DNA of 63,537 nt, counting the filler. It is 15 parts of 15 records of this genome, joined end to end, with 100 filler letters (N's around TTAATTAATTAA, not from the genome) between each part and the next. Parts side by side here need not be neighbours in the genome. Positions count along the whole stretch, not along the records: positions 51,024 to 54,141 come from SRR7504441_86280; positions 54,242 to 57,427 come from SRR7504441_86288; positions 57,528 to 63,537 come from SRR7504441_87830; 12 more parts are not named here. One strand, written 5' to 3'. Of this stretch, positions 51,024 through 63,537 are shown one piece after another; position 1 is the first letter of the stretch; every line of letters starts with the position of its first letter. The notes below the pieces were generated by a model. It was not told the DNA's origin, did no database searches, and saw only the letters and a list, made by a program, of their open reading frames with translations. A program made the position numbers and the translations under genes.

Positions 51024-52403
51024 CTGGTCAGGTCTCTCGCTGTTTGGCCTGTGTTGTCTTTGATGTCGCGGCGGGCTCCTGCAAACAGACGCGTTCAGAT
51101 GACTGAGGCAATGAGACCCACCCGCACTGAGCAGCTCGGCCACCAGCTCTTTGTTGTTCGTGTTAGCAGCACAGTGCAGCGCGGTCCGGCCTTGGATATC
51201 AACGTCGTCGACCAGCGTATCGTTCTGTATTAGAAGCCTCACTGTGTCACCTTGCTTCTGTGGGAATTCCTTCTCCGTACACAAGGCGATCAGCGGTGTC
51301 AATGCAGTACTTGTGCGAGCATGAACGGACGCCCCTCGGCCGAGCAGGGCCTCTACAATCAGTGGCAACCCTCGCACTGCTGCGAAATGCATCGGAGTCC
51401 AGCCTCTGATATTGGCCCGTCGTGAGTCAGCCCCTGCCCCGACCATCAAGCTTGCCGCTGATTTGCTGCAAACACCGGCATCGAGGAGCAACTGGACTAC
51501 ACGTACATCCGCCGTGTTAATGATCCCCTGCAGCAGGATGGTGGGCATCATGTCGATGAGCTGATCGTCTATGTCTATTCCGCGGCTGGGGTCTAGTTTG
51601 GACTGGACATCATCGTAAGACAGGTTGAGGTCGGCCTTTGCTGCGATCATCAGCTGAGTGATTTCTACAACGTGAGTCAGGTTGCTTTGTCCGCAATTAT
51701 AAAGATAAGATAGAGGTGTTTCTCCGTGGTTGGCCCGAGCGTTGACCTCAGCCCTTGACCTTAGGAGCAGACTGTAGACCTCCAGGTCGCCCCGCTTAGC
51801 CGTTGTGTGGAGGGGAGTTGCTGCCCTCAATGTGAGGCACGTGTTCACGTCAGCACCTAACACAAGAACCCATCAACCTACCACTAATAGCCAGCTCAGT
51901 ATACCGTGGTCAATCAGCGCCTGGATGCCTGCTACCGGGATGATGGTCGCAGAGCACGCCGCGTGCAGGGCAGTACACGCAACCCCCGCATCCAGTGACC
52001 AATCCCCCCTTGCATTGATATCGGATTTGCTTGCTACCAGCTGTTGGACGATGCGAATAAACCCTTGCTCGTGGCAAGGAATATCATTACACCAAAGGGC
52101 ACCGATCAAGTTCACCAGATTCAGCTGCGTCCCCTCGTGCTCCGTGGCCAGCATCTCGCCGAACCACACCGCAACCTGGGTCAGCTCGCCCGAGGCTACA
52201 GCCTGCCCCAGTAGCTCGAACTTGGTCTTATCCCTCCCCGTCACGACATCACTTGTATTCTCCTCCTCCTCCTCCACGTCGCCAACGTAGTCCAGGATCT
52301 CGATGCCGTCCATTTGCTGGAGCTCGATAGGCCGGCCGTGACTCGGGCCGAAGCGTGCCTCTATATCTTCCAGCTCGATACGCAGCTTGTTCAGCCAGTC
52401 CAT
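51024..52403 (-). CDS. Ankyrin-repeat protein (3' truncated)
   Basis: TALHAAC, TPLHTTA..G, GWTPMHFAA..G...IVEALL..GA and GRTALHCAA repeats. Confidence 0.9.
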
Positions 52404-52506
52404 CCGAGGATTGCTCTGTCCTCCCGGCAACCCACCTATACGATACAGCCCGGCTCAACAAGGAGCGTCGTCTGTTCGAGCCGAGGCCCCAAATCCGTTA
52501 CCTCCA

Positions 52507-53919
52507 ATGTCCTTTGGTTGGCTCCTGGGGCTTCTTACCGCTGCCGCCCTGGATGTCGACCTCGAAGCGTTCGGCGGCAAGCCCGATGGCCGAGACTGCA
52601 CGGGCCCGTTCGCCGCCGCCATCGCGCACCTGGCCGCCAGCCCGGGCGGCGGGACACTGCACTGCCGCGGCCCTGGCGCTTACATCACTGGCGCCATTCA
52701 GATGCGCTCGCACGTGAACCTGCAGGTGCACCGCGGGGCCTCGATCAACGCCAGCCACGACATCAAGCACTGGGCCGCCCGCCAGCTCGACCGGCCGGAC
52801 TGTGCTCAGGGGGGCGCGATGCCACCCGAACTGGATATCGGGGTGCTCGGTGGGCTATTCTTCGGCAGCCAGGCGGCCAACTTCAGCATCCGGGGGCCTG
52901 GCGCTGTGAACGGGGCCGCCCGCAGCTGGAACGTGCCGCCAGCCAAGGGCCCGGCCAACCCGCTCGGGCTGCTCCGTAGCAACATGTTTGTGTTCAGCAT
53001 GTGCTCCGACGTCGTGGTAGAGGGACTGCAGATACAAGATTCTAGCGCCTGGACACTCAACCCGCAATACTCCCAGCGGCTGGTCTTCCGGCAGCTGGAG
53101 ATCACCGCACCGGCTCTCGGGGCACGCGGGCACAACACCGGTAGCTGGGGGGGGCGGTGTGAGTAGTGAGAGGTGGCCAGATGGATTCGACCCGTGGGCG
53201 TGCAGCGACGTGCAATTTGTGGACTCTTATTACTCGGGCGGGGACGGTAGCGCTCGGGCTTGCTGCTGGGGCGTATTGAGAGAATATCGGTGCAGATTGC
53301 GTTGCAATTAAGAGTGGGAAGAATACCGACGCTTCACATCCTTGGCCCTGCGGCACACAGTACCCTGCCCAAAACATCCTGATCAAGAACGTCACGTGCG
53401 ACGGTTCGCACGGGCTCACAATCGGGAGCGAGATGTCGGGCGGCGTGCGGAATGTCACTTTTGACGACATTAGGATAAGCAACTCTGGACCGAGCGTGAG
53501 AATCAAGTCGCAATGCGGCCGGGGCGCCTGGGTATTGCCCTCCTAGCAGCCGATTGCCCTGACGGCGGGGGCAGGTGCGAGACGTGCTGTACCGGAATAT
53601 TGAGGCTCATGATGTGCAGAATGCGGTTTGGATCGACATGCAATACTTTTCGACCGCCACCGAATGCGCGGCTTCCAATGTCTCGTTGTTTGAGAACATC
53701 ACCGTGCGCAACTTGCATGTCTCAAAGCTCTCGGGTGGGGGATCGGCGTACGAGATAATCGGACTCAAAGTGGAGGGAGCCCCGGTGCCAATCCGCGGGG
53801 TGGTGCTCGAGAACGTCACGGTCGAGAACGCGGCCAAATATCCTGGCAAGTGCACTTACGCTTCTGTTAGCACTCGTGGCATAGATCCACCGCTGCCTCG
53901 CGGCGAGGCATGCCTTTGA
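52507..53919 (+). CDS. Secreted glycoside hydrolase family 28 (polygalacturonase-like)
   Basis: After splicing, all four GH28 motifs appear: NTDG, GDD, GSHG and RIKS; signal-like start. Confidence 0.92.
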
Positions 53920-54241
53920 TTAATAGCTCATGTATAGCTCATGGACGTTAGTATACTCGTATAGCACATAATATACGTCGAGTACTCGTGGGCCGCGTCA
54001 GACGCCGCATGGTAATAAATCATACGCAATCGGCACGGTGACCATCAACGGCGCCGGCGTGAGCGGCGCCGGCGCTCGCGCTCGCGTTCGGCTAGCAGCA
54101 GCAGCAGCAGCAAGGTGCCGGCCACACCGGCGAGCAGCAGCNNNNNNNNNNNNNNNNNNNNNNNNNNNNNNNNNNNNNNNNNNNNTTAATTAATTAANNN
54201 NNNNNNNNNNNNNNNNNNNNNNNNNNNNNNNNNNNNNNNNN

Positions 54242-54971
54242 GCTCTGTATAGATCGAAAGGTTCTTGAGCTGGGCGACTGCACGGCGGCGAAGTGCCGTT
54301 AGTGCTATTCCTGGAGCAGTGATCTCCCGAGTGCTTCAGTTTGGGCGCCGGTGAACGAGCAGCACACGGTAGTCGCGTGCCATGCGGCCTCCGGTATTCT
54401 TCTTCGGTGTTGCCTGCTGCTTCGTGTATGGTGGGATGACATTCCATATCCAGCGCTCCGGTGCCGCCCCCCTCCGGCAGCCGAGCTGAGCGGCTGCCAG
54501 AACTGGCTGGGCGCAAGCTGCTCGATGTCACCCTGCCGTATTGGACCGCCGACCAGGCCCGGGAACTGCTCCGGTGCGGCCGCCGGCCCGCTGCTCGGCT
54601 GAGCCCTCTGCAGAGAGCTCGGCGAATCTGGGCGGGCAGACTATCTCAGGCTGATCCTGAAGCCGCTCGGGGACAACCTTCTGCCGCTTTGCTACGGGCC
54701 GCTTTTCGCCCTCGTGCTTCCCACCAAACTAGCACCGCTGCCGATCCTGGCCGCGGTGGCCGACCTCGTCGAAAATCTGATGCTCACCCGGCTGATTGCT
54801 GGGTTTGACCCCATAGCTGGTGGTTGGAAGCCGGAGGCTCAGACACCACTGGTCGTAGGCCCGTGGGCCACAGCGTTCAAATGGTTTTTCCTCATCGCAA
54901 GTCTGGGCTCTCTCTTTGCGCGCAGTACATTCCGTACGAAGCCGGAACCTGTCGCTGTCAAGGAAGATTAA
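54242..54971 (+). CDS. Hypothetical small multi-pass membrane protein (5' end unclear)
   Basis: Exons give LLDVTLPYW...LGESGRADY...DNLLPLCY...AAVADLVEN...ATAFKWFFL with hydrophobic helices. Confidence 0.55.
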
Positions 54972-55193
54972 GCGCTACACGGGTACTCGTACGCAGTAAG
55001 AATGCCTTGGAATGGGTTGAACAATCTGATTCAAACAATCATTGGAAGCTTTTATCCGAAGCATCATTGGAGCGAATGACAGTTTACGATATTCAAAATT
55101 ATAGTAGTATAGTGCAGGGCCTAAGAGTAAGTGAACCAATTTAATCGTTGTTATTCTCAAAAGATGACCTCCAAAAACACATGTGAAGCAGCT

Positions 55194-57306
55194 CTAGAAC
55201 CCATTGTTTGGCACCACGCCTTTGGGAACCCTATTGGCGATCTTCTGGAGCTCGTCCCTGAGTTCTGCCGCCTGCTTCTTGTCGTCTGTGCGCGACAGCT
55301 GATCCAAGATGCCCTGGAATTTGGCGCCAAGGCGGAACAGGCTCCGACGGAATGCTAAATCTTTCTTCTCTTTTGCCTTGTAGCCCCTCTCTACTTTAAA
55401 GTTTGCCTTTTCACTGGCAGGGATAGGGTCTGCAATCAAGCCTGGTCAGTAAGGCACGCCTGCCACCGGCAGCAAACGCGCGCAACACTGCTAGGGAAGT
55501 ATTGATCCCTAAAGCGAGCGCTTCAAGCTTCAGATTTTCCTGCTGCTCTGGTCTGCCAAAATCGGCCTTGATGATCATCAGGCTGCTGGACCGACGCAGT
55601 GCCTGCAAGATCGGCTCACTGGACGCCAAGATTGCTGATACCTGGGACCAGATTCGATATGTTGCTGGGTCAAGCTTGCCGTTATGATTTAGACTGGCTA
55701 AATGAAGAACCTCTCGTGGCTCTGTGAGCCCGACGGCACCTGGTTGTACTCCCGTAGGCAAGTAACTCCAGGGCATCAGGACAGGGTGCTCTTGGTACCA
55801 AGGCACTGCATGCCCAGGCAGGGTTGCCTTATCCGTCAATATGTAATCGATTGCCGCCGACGCCATGGTCAGCTCGAAACCAATTGCCGACAGCTGCACT
55901 GGGGCTGCAGTCAAGTGGATGAGTAGGCGGCATTGGCCGCCATTGCACCAGGAGACAGGTTGAATATGTCAGAACGCTGATGCTTGGTATATCCGTTCAG
56001 GTCGACCAAAATGTGTATCTGGGAAGCGGAGATCGTCTCAGCAGCAGGACGAGTCGCTAAATCTGTCAGCTGTACGTGCCTGCCTAGCCCTGGCGATGGT
56101 AGTACTAAGGTGCCGAAGAGCGTTGGTCTCATGGTGTGATGTGGCAAGACTGCAGCGAGACACCGACCAACAGGATGGTCCAAATGCAGATCCGAGCTCA
56201 CATACCCCACGCTGAGCTTACCCGTTATGCGAGGCGCCGCCCGCTCCAGCCAGTGGTTCCTATCCAGAGATCAAACGCCTAGGCGAAAAAATACTTATAC
56301 CTTCGTCCACTTAATGCATCAACCTCACTGGACATCCGTGCTGCAAACTTCCGCAGCAGTAACGGGTGCAGGCGAAGCAACTGCGCGACTGATACAGCAG
56401 TGCCAGTACTGTACCCTGACAATCGCCGCTGATGGCGAACTACGTATGCGCTTCACCTTTATCGGGGGCTGGTTGCTCCAGCTGACGCATGAATCGTAAA
56501 GTGCGAGCTCGGTCACGCTGCCACAAGCAGAGCTCTCGGGCTGCAAAGCTGGCGCAGGTAGCAAGCCTGCATCAGGCCGTATGAATGCATGACCGAGCGC
56601 AGCCGCTTACCTGGCATCTGTTGGGAAGTGCTGGAGACCCCTCTCAGCAAAAGCCAAAGCCTGCGGCATCTGCTGCTCCTGCTCGCGCAGCACAGCCATG
56701 TTGTACCAGACCTGCGTACCCTGAGTCACATACCCGCCAGTCCAATCCACCCACCCGCGCGGCCACCGGGTGCTGTGCTGGGAGTAGCTTGATCGCAGCC
56801 TCCAGATGACGCTGCCCCTGGGTCGGCTTCTGCTGCCTGACCAGCTGAATCCCGAGGTTGGTCTCAGTAACTGGGTGGCCCGGCTGCAGCTCCCAGGCCC
56901 GCTGGAACGAGCGCAGGGCCTCGGCAAACTTGAGCTCACGCACGTCGAGCTCCCCCAGCTGTGTCCACCCCTTCCAGTGCCCAGGGTCGGTGGCGATAGC
57001 AGCCCCGAACACTGCCCTCGCCTGGGCAAGCTCGCCGCGTCTAAATAGAAGCTCGTTCCCCGCGCGGTAAAGCTGCGCCCAGCCGCAACGCAGCACCGCC
57101 CCGGGGTGCACAGCCTGAGGAGGCTCCTCCAGCCCGTACGCTGCCACATCGACCCGCGGCCTAGCCTGTGCCAGCGCGGCAGCCACCGGCTGGTCGCGGT
57201 GCCATCGGATCCTGTGCCGGTACGAGCCGCACTGCACCTTCAAGTACTCACAGCTCCCCAGCCTGGCCACCAGCACTACCAGCACCAGCGCCCGGCTCTG
57301 CTGCAT
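55194..57306 (-). CDS. TPR + glycosyltransferase family 41 (OGT/SPINDLY-like) protein with signal peptide, C-terminus atypical
   Basis: TPR helices; VGYVSSDL...HPVG, IHILVDLNGYT, IDYILTD and SLNH..KLDP GT41 motifs. Confidence 0.8.
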
Positions 57307-57599
57307 GGGCTACATGCAGCTGCCCAGTAGGGACTGGCTCAGCTGCCGTTGCGCAGATCTCACGACCGGCCGTGCGTTGCCGGCTCAATCCTGCTGGCGT
57401 CGTGAGCGGCTACCAACCCAAGCCCCCNNNNNNNNNNNNNNNNNNNNNNNNNNNNNNNNNNNNNNNNNNNNTTAATTAATTAANNNNNNNNNNNNNNNNN
57501 NNNNNNNNNNNNNNNNNNNNNNNNNNNGCCTCGTACCCCCCCCCGGAACTTGGATAAATAGATGTCAACACAAGGCTAGGGACAACTAACGGTCACGCG

Positions 57600-59654
57600 A
57601 TGAGCGTGCCCGCCCGGGTGGAGGGGCTGGCCGGGCTGGCCGGGCGGGCGCGGCTGTCGATCGAGCCGCACCCGGAGCACACGCCACCAGTGGCGCTGCT
57701 GGTGCAGGCGGGCGGGCGCCGGCGGGCGCTCCGAATCCAGGACGTGCACCGAATCCAGGACGGTGGTGCCAGCGTGGGCCAGGCCATTCTCTGGCTGGAG
57801 GCCGGTCCGGTCCGACTGACCGCGGGACTGGAGCACGCGACCGGCCTGGTCCGACTCTGCGCCCGGCTGCGCGACCTGCAGCGGCACCCGTCCAAGGCCA
57901 GGATGCTTGGGCGGGCCCTCCCGCCGCTGGCTAGCCTGCCCGAGCCTAGCCCGGCGCCCAGGGTGGAGCCTATCCCGCCCGAGAGCTTCTATGGGGCCCC
58001 GGCGGAGGGCCGTACGACGACTGTGCCGAGCAGCTGGCGCCAGTTCTTCCGTCAGGCGGAGGCTTTCGCTTGGGTGGACAGGGCTGGGCGAGACGAACGG
58101 GTTTTCGCGATGGAGACCGGGGCCGGCGGGAAGCGGGTGTACATTGTGGCCAGCTATGAGGCCATGTGGCGACACATCAAGGCGGCCCGGGACGTACGGG
58201 GGCATGGGAGCTTCTATGAGGTCATCCGGGAGGGCTGCGCATGCCAGCTCTACCTGGATCTCGAGTTTTCCCGGCTAAGCAACCCGACTCTGGACGGGCC
58301 CGCGCTCACCCGGGAGGCTCCAGCCGGTCAAAATGCCCGGCCAACCCGGGAGCAGGTGGTGGACGCGGTACTCGGGCGGCTGGCGGAGGCCTACAAGCTT
58401 GAGTGTGGATGGCCGGATGTAAGGATGGTAATCCGCCAGCCACTGGCCCGGTTGAGCCAGAGCAGCTCGACTCGACCACAGACAAGAAGTTCTCGAGGCA
58501 TGTGATCATCCGGCGCGCCACCTTTCACGTATGTGCGCCGCACTGGCTGCCCTCCCAAGCCTCCGGGCAGAGTAACGCAGATGTTGGAGGGTTCATCGGC
58601 CAGCTGGTGGCCCAGAACCAGCAGCGCTGGGAAGTCTTGCCGGAACCTGGTGCGCCTACTCGGGCCCTCTAAGCAACCTGGGGGCAGGTCGGGCCATGTC
58701 GAACCCTGTGAGCTTTGTGGACTGCTCAGTCTATTCACGTAACCGCTGCTTCCGGCTGGTCGGCTCGCGCAAGTTTGGGAAGCAAGCTGTGCTCACACCG
58801 GTCAACAGTACCGACGCTGAGCTGGCCACTGCCCGCCAGTTCTGGATGGACTCACTTGTGTGCAATGTCGAGTACTCGTCAGGGCTCAAGCTGCTCTCTT
58901 ACGGCCGAACAGTGGACGAGCCCGTGTCGAGTGATGGACGCAGGCTTCGGAAGAGCCAGCCATCGAGCCAGTTGGCGGGATCGATCTTTCCAGAATTGGA
59001 CGCGTACATGCAGCAGGTGGTGGCTAGCCACTGGGGGGCGGGGGGCGGGTGCGACATAGCAAGGCTGCGTGAAAAACGGGGGGCAGCTGGCTGCGCAAGT
59101 GGACCTGGCTGCCGGTCAGCAAGACACTCGTGTACCAGGCAGTCGAAGGGTGGGTTGGCGCTGATTGGTGGAGCAGGTGGGTGGGAACCGGTGGTGCAAG
59201 CGTGTTGGGCGGGAGCATCGGAGCAACCATATTAGCCTGGTGGTTCAGCTGCAGGAGTGGGCATTTCACCAGGTAAGACCCGGCTGCCTGACGCAATGGG
59301 TAAGTGTTGGATTGGAAGGCTTGTCAGGATCCCGAGTGCCGGGGCTACAAGTCGCCACTGCAACCCTTGCCAGAGTCGCTGCGAATCTCAGTTTACTCGT
59401 TGCTCGGGCTGGATTTGGAACCAGACCCAGAGCTGCTTGCAATCATGGAGTCAGTCGATGAAGCAACACTCAGACCGGCCAGTGGCATGGAACCCGATGC
59501 AGAGTTGCTACAGATCATGGCTGATATCCATGAGGAGAGCTCCCTACTTAATAAGACCTCTACGGATTTATCACGAGGCCATGAGGTAGATGAATCTAGC
59601 GGCATCAATGGCATCGTACAGCCGGCAAAACGACCAAGACTTGATAATGGATAG
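57600..59654 (+). CDS. PRIMPOL: PrimPol (AEP primase-polymerase with UL52-like Zn finger)
   Basis: FYEVIREG..C.LYLDLEF (motif I DxE), KFSRH (motif II), FVD.SVYSRNRCFRL (motif III), RWC..VGREH.SN...C.DPEC zinc finger. Confidence 0.93.
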
Positions 59655-59853
59655 TTCATAGTTTAACATGATTTGATAATAATTTTAATTATTATCATGA
59701 TGTGTACACAATCATTTACAATTTACTATTTTAAATCAATGTTTGCTAGCTAGGCCTATGCACGTTAGTATACTTAGTACTACAACGTGTAGCACGCTCA
59801 TAGCACGCTACGTGTAGGCAGTTCAAAATTCAAATGATTGTATAAATATTCAC

Positions 59854-62800
59854 TTAATTGAGGTAGAAGTCGCGCATCTTACCCAAGATACTGTCAAGCA
59901 TGTGGTCACCCACGGATGCCGGTGAGTTTTTCAATGCTTCCATGAACTCTTCATTCTTGGTTGGAGGTAGGCCAGTGAAGCTGGATGAAGTGTGAGGGGA
60001 GCACCGCATGTGCGGCATGTAGGGAGAATCTGAACGCTGGTTCTGTGCCCTGGCTCCCTTCTTGGTGTTTTCCCTCTTCCTGGCAACAGCATCAGATGCA
60101 TAGCCACCTCTTTGCTTGAAGTCAACAAAGTTGGACACAACTAACTTTTGATTGTCCACCATGTCTTCAACACAGAATAGTTCAACCCCATTCAGTGTAA
60201 ACACTCTTGTCATGGCGTATGGAGTGCCCATTGCCACTGTTGCATCATGCAGTAACGACTCGAAGCTGTAAACCAATAGCTCGGTTCCTCGCCTCTTCAC
60301 CCCACCGTCGTTCATAAACACGATGACAGACGGCCGCGCCCGGCGGGGGCCTTTCCACTGAGCTGCAGCTAACTCTCCCACTGTTCTTGAGTGACGCCAC
60401 TTTGCTGGTCGCATGCCACGGCCAGTCCGCTGCTTGTTGTATATATTTTCAGGACTGAGGTGGCCCGGCTCAGGACTAGCTTGCCTCTCGGGGTTTGGCT
60501 GTACATCCAGTGCTTCTGCCTTCCTGCGCCAGCCTTCGAGCTGCATGTCATCACGGATGTTGCGCGGCAGGTAATTGACCCACGGCGTCTCACACATGAT
60601 AGCCATGAACTGCGTTTTCTCCACAAGCGAGTTGGTCAGGCAATCAATTGTGCCAAATACTCGCTGGGCGGCCCGCTCGTGCAGGTGTTCAATGTTAGGT
60701 GGGTTAACATCCAGCTCCTCCCAGATCGCGTGCATCAGCACCTCAAATTGCTCGTAATTAAGTAAACCATCCGCATCGGTGTCAATGTCTTCGAACAACG
60801 CATTCATCCTTTTGAGTGCGCTCTTGAGCGGTGCTGACTCGGTCTTCTTGTTAGCTAGCCGCATCACCTGGAACTGGGCGCCCTCGAGCACGTGGGAAGG
60901 TAGTAGGTTGCGCCAGGGCTCTGACATGAGCACCCGCAAGAAGGTCGTGAACTTGATGTGACTGCCAAATTTTTCGACAATCTTGGCGGCTTCCTGATAG
61001 CAGCGTTGTGGAGTGGCGAGCAGCGATGACACACCAAGTTCCGCCCAGATGTGTTGCAACCCCAGACTCAGCTCGCCTTTCTCAATTGTGCCATTTTTGT
61101 CAGCATCAAGTGTCTGGAACATTTCCATCGCGATCTTGATGAATCCATCCATCGAGCTCACCAACTCGGGAACATCTTGGTCGGTGCCTCGGTTGTCTGA
61201 GAAAGCGTGATTGATAAGTGTCTTGTATGTGTCAGGCTTCCTGCGATCAGGCTTGCGCTGCCCGAAAGCGTTGACTGTTGACGAGGGCGGTGGGCGGAAC
61301 TGCACACCGGTACGCACTGGACCAAATTGAGTCTGAATTTGGTACTTTGACTTCCCAGTGGCGTATTTAAACTCGGTAGTGCTTGGTTTCTTGTATTTGG
61401 GTCCGACCGGGTATTGCTGCTCTTGCACAGTGTGATGCATTGCTTCTACCATGCTTCTTGTGGCCGATTTGATCACCCCAGGGTCCTGCGTGTACCCATT
61501 TCGCACTATTTTCTCCGGGATCTCGCCGCGACGGACTTCCTGGAATGAGAGCGCAGACCGATTCAGTTCGCGGACCTTGGGTGGGCCGTAGCAGTCATAG
61601 TAATCACGCTGCCTCGCAGGGCTCTGCCGGCTGCGCTCCACCGGCATCTTTGGGAGTGGTTGCCTTGGGGGTACGGTGCTAAGACTCTCCTGCACTGTCT
61701 CAGGCAGCAGCTGTTTCCACTCCGTGCTCGAGAGCAACCTGCTGAACTGCTCGAGGCTCATTTGGCCATGCTTGTCAGCGTACTGCCTCATGATCTGCTG
61801 CAGCTCGGCCTGCGGGTCAGCTGGCACATATTCAAGCAGCTCCCACAGCTGCCAGGCAAGCAGCTCAACGTCGGCCTCGTTTAGCCGCCCATCCTCATCC
61901 GCGTCTGCCGTCACAAACACCTCGCGGATTGCGTGCACGGCCTCAGTCTGTTTCTGATGGCTTCGGGGCACAGTCCGCCTCACATCAGCAGCCCGGCGCT
62001 CGGACGGCTTGAACCCGACCCACGAGCTCTGCTGGATTGCCTTCTTCCGCCGTGGATGCCGCTCTCTGCTCTCCTGGCCGCTCCTTATCGACCGAGCCTC
62101 GTCTGACATTTGCGACCGGAGCTCTTCCCCCTCGTTCGATTTCATCAGGCTGTCAGGGGGTCAGGGAGCGTGGGATAATAGCGGGGCACCGCATCAGCGC
62201 CTTCGGGATGGCCGCCTTGATCTCGTCTGGGAGCAGCTCACGCCAAGGCGGCTTATTGAGCAGCCGGATGAACTCTGGGAAGAAGATCCCGTCAGGGTGA
62301 TCCGCAACCGCTTGGTCGACCGCCAGATCAAAGCGATCAATCATCTCTGGGCTCACGCGCACATTCAGTCGGCTGCAGAGCGAGGAGACCAGGTGGCTGA
62401 GCTCCTCGGCGTCAATGTACCCAGAGCTGTCTTCATCCGCATCCTCAAACAGTTCGCGCGCCATACGGAAGGCTTGTTGCCCAGGCGTTTCGTTCGGAAG
62501 CCGCTTGGTGCTGTGCCCCATCGGCTTGCTCTCCGGAGCTCTGGGCGGCATCATCCTCAGCCGCGAGTGTGGGTGTGCATTTGCCTTCAACTGCACCGAC
62601 AGTCAGCGTGAGCAGCCGAATAGACCAGGCACCTGTGCAGCGTGCAGCAGCAGCTCGTCGCGCACTGGCCGGGGCACCAGCGACCGCCAAGGGTCGTGGC
62701 TGAGCAGCACCGCAAACTGTTCAAAGTCTACCCATCCATCCCCATCCCGCCCGAACACCTCGGCCAGCTTCTGGTCCAGCTCCTCCGGGTTTAGCGGGCA

Positions 62801-63340
62801 CTGGCCGTCCAGATCGTACTCGTCCTCCTCCTCATCCTCCAGCTCGGGCTCGTGCAACTGCTCAAGCCATCGCTCGACCGCCTCGCGCAGCTCTTCCATG
62901 CTCAGGCTGCCATCCATGTCCGTGTCGGCCTCCTGGAACAGCTCGTGCAGCAACGGCAGCACTCCGTCCTCTTTGGGCTTCTCTGGGGCTGCCTCTGCCT
63001 CCCGGGCCTCCCGCAGGAGCAGCATCGGGAGCACTTCCTGGGTGGCGTCCGGCAGCAGGCTGCGCCATGGTGGCTTGGTGAGCATCCGTATAAACTGGGT
63101 GAAGTTGACCCCTTCGATCTCCGCCCCAAAGTGAGTCATCGCCTGGGCCACCTCTTCGTCCAGCCGGCCCTGGTCCTGGTACGCCTCGGCCACCCCGAGC
63201 TCGCCCCACAAGGCCTGCACCAGCCCGACCAGCTCGTACCGGTCCAGAACTCCATCCTGGTTGACATCCGACCGGTCGAACAGCTCGCGCGCCCGCTCAA
63301 ACGTGGCCACCGCCTCCCGTCGCTCGCTGGCCGCCACCAT
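59854..63340 (-). CDS. Large protein with six EF-hand-pair modules and a C-terminal doublecortin (DCX)-like domain
   Basis: Three ORFs joined in frame by two ~40-nt GT-AG introns; repeated F...D.D.DG.L...EL...F..F...L...PWR.LLP units; VF.N.....G.......FE.LL..AT........RVFT..G.....V.D..D...LVVS. Confidence 0.8.
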
Positions 63341-63537
63341 CGTACGCCACCTGCTGTCTGGCGCCGCGGAGCAAGCTGCGTAACGCCAACTGATCAGACT
63401 TGCGTACCAGGTAGTCTACCAGTTATTAGTCTATACCTTGTACGTACTCTGTACTTGTAATACTAGTATACTTGATACCGGTACCAATCCTACAGACTGA
63501 GTTTTCAAGAAAACTTGCAGGCGTCTACCTCGAAGTG

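Noticed and set aside
57600-59654. AEP primase as a sign of a virus or Polinton-like element
   Set aside because: It has host-type mini-introns, the cellular PrimPol layout and no neighbouring viral genes.

Overview
This is not one locus. It is a concatenation of about 15 short (3-9 kb) contigs joined by artificial 100-nt N..TTAATTAATTAA..N linkers. The DNA comes from a gene-dense, GC-rich microbial eukaryote (protist; lineage not determinable here) using the standard genetic code. Genes are interrupted by many tiny spliceosomal introns (mostly 36-50 nt) with degenerate donors, and GC-AG donors are frequent. About 30 protein genes can be reconstructed by hand-splicing: P2X receptor, PTEN-C2-FH2 formin, DAG-lipase-like, PAM2 protein, MEMO1, divergent actin-related protein, Snf7/ESCRT-III, HSL lipase, LRR, TTL, TBC, BET bromodomain, WD40-inositol 5-phosphatase, Siw14-like phosphatase, FYVE/J/PX, START-like, GH125, GH5, EEP, ankyrin, GH28, TPR-GT41, PrimPol and EF-hand/DCX. 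The most striking observations are: a hormone-sensitive-lipase/phosphohistidine-phosphatase (Janus/PHPT1) fusion; a secreted endoglycoceramidase-sialidase fusion next to a GH125 and a Cys-rich poly-Arg/Lys secreted protein; the GC-AG-rich mini-intron system; and recurrent 60-200 bp head-to-head promoters. All family calls come from motif recognition by eye and no database search was run, so novelty of the fusions is unverified.
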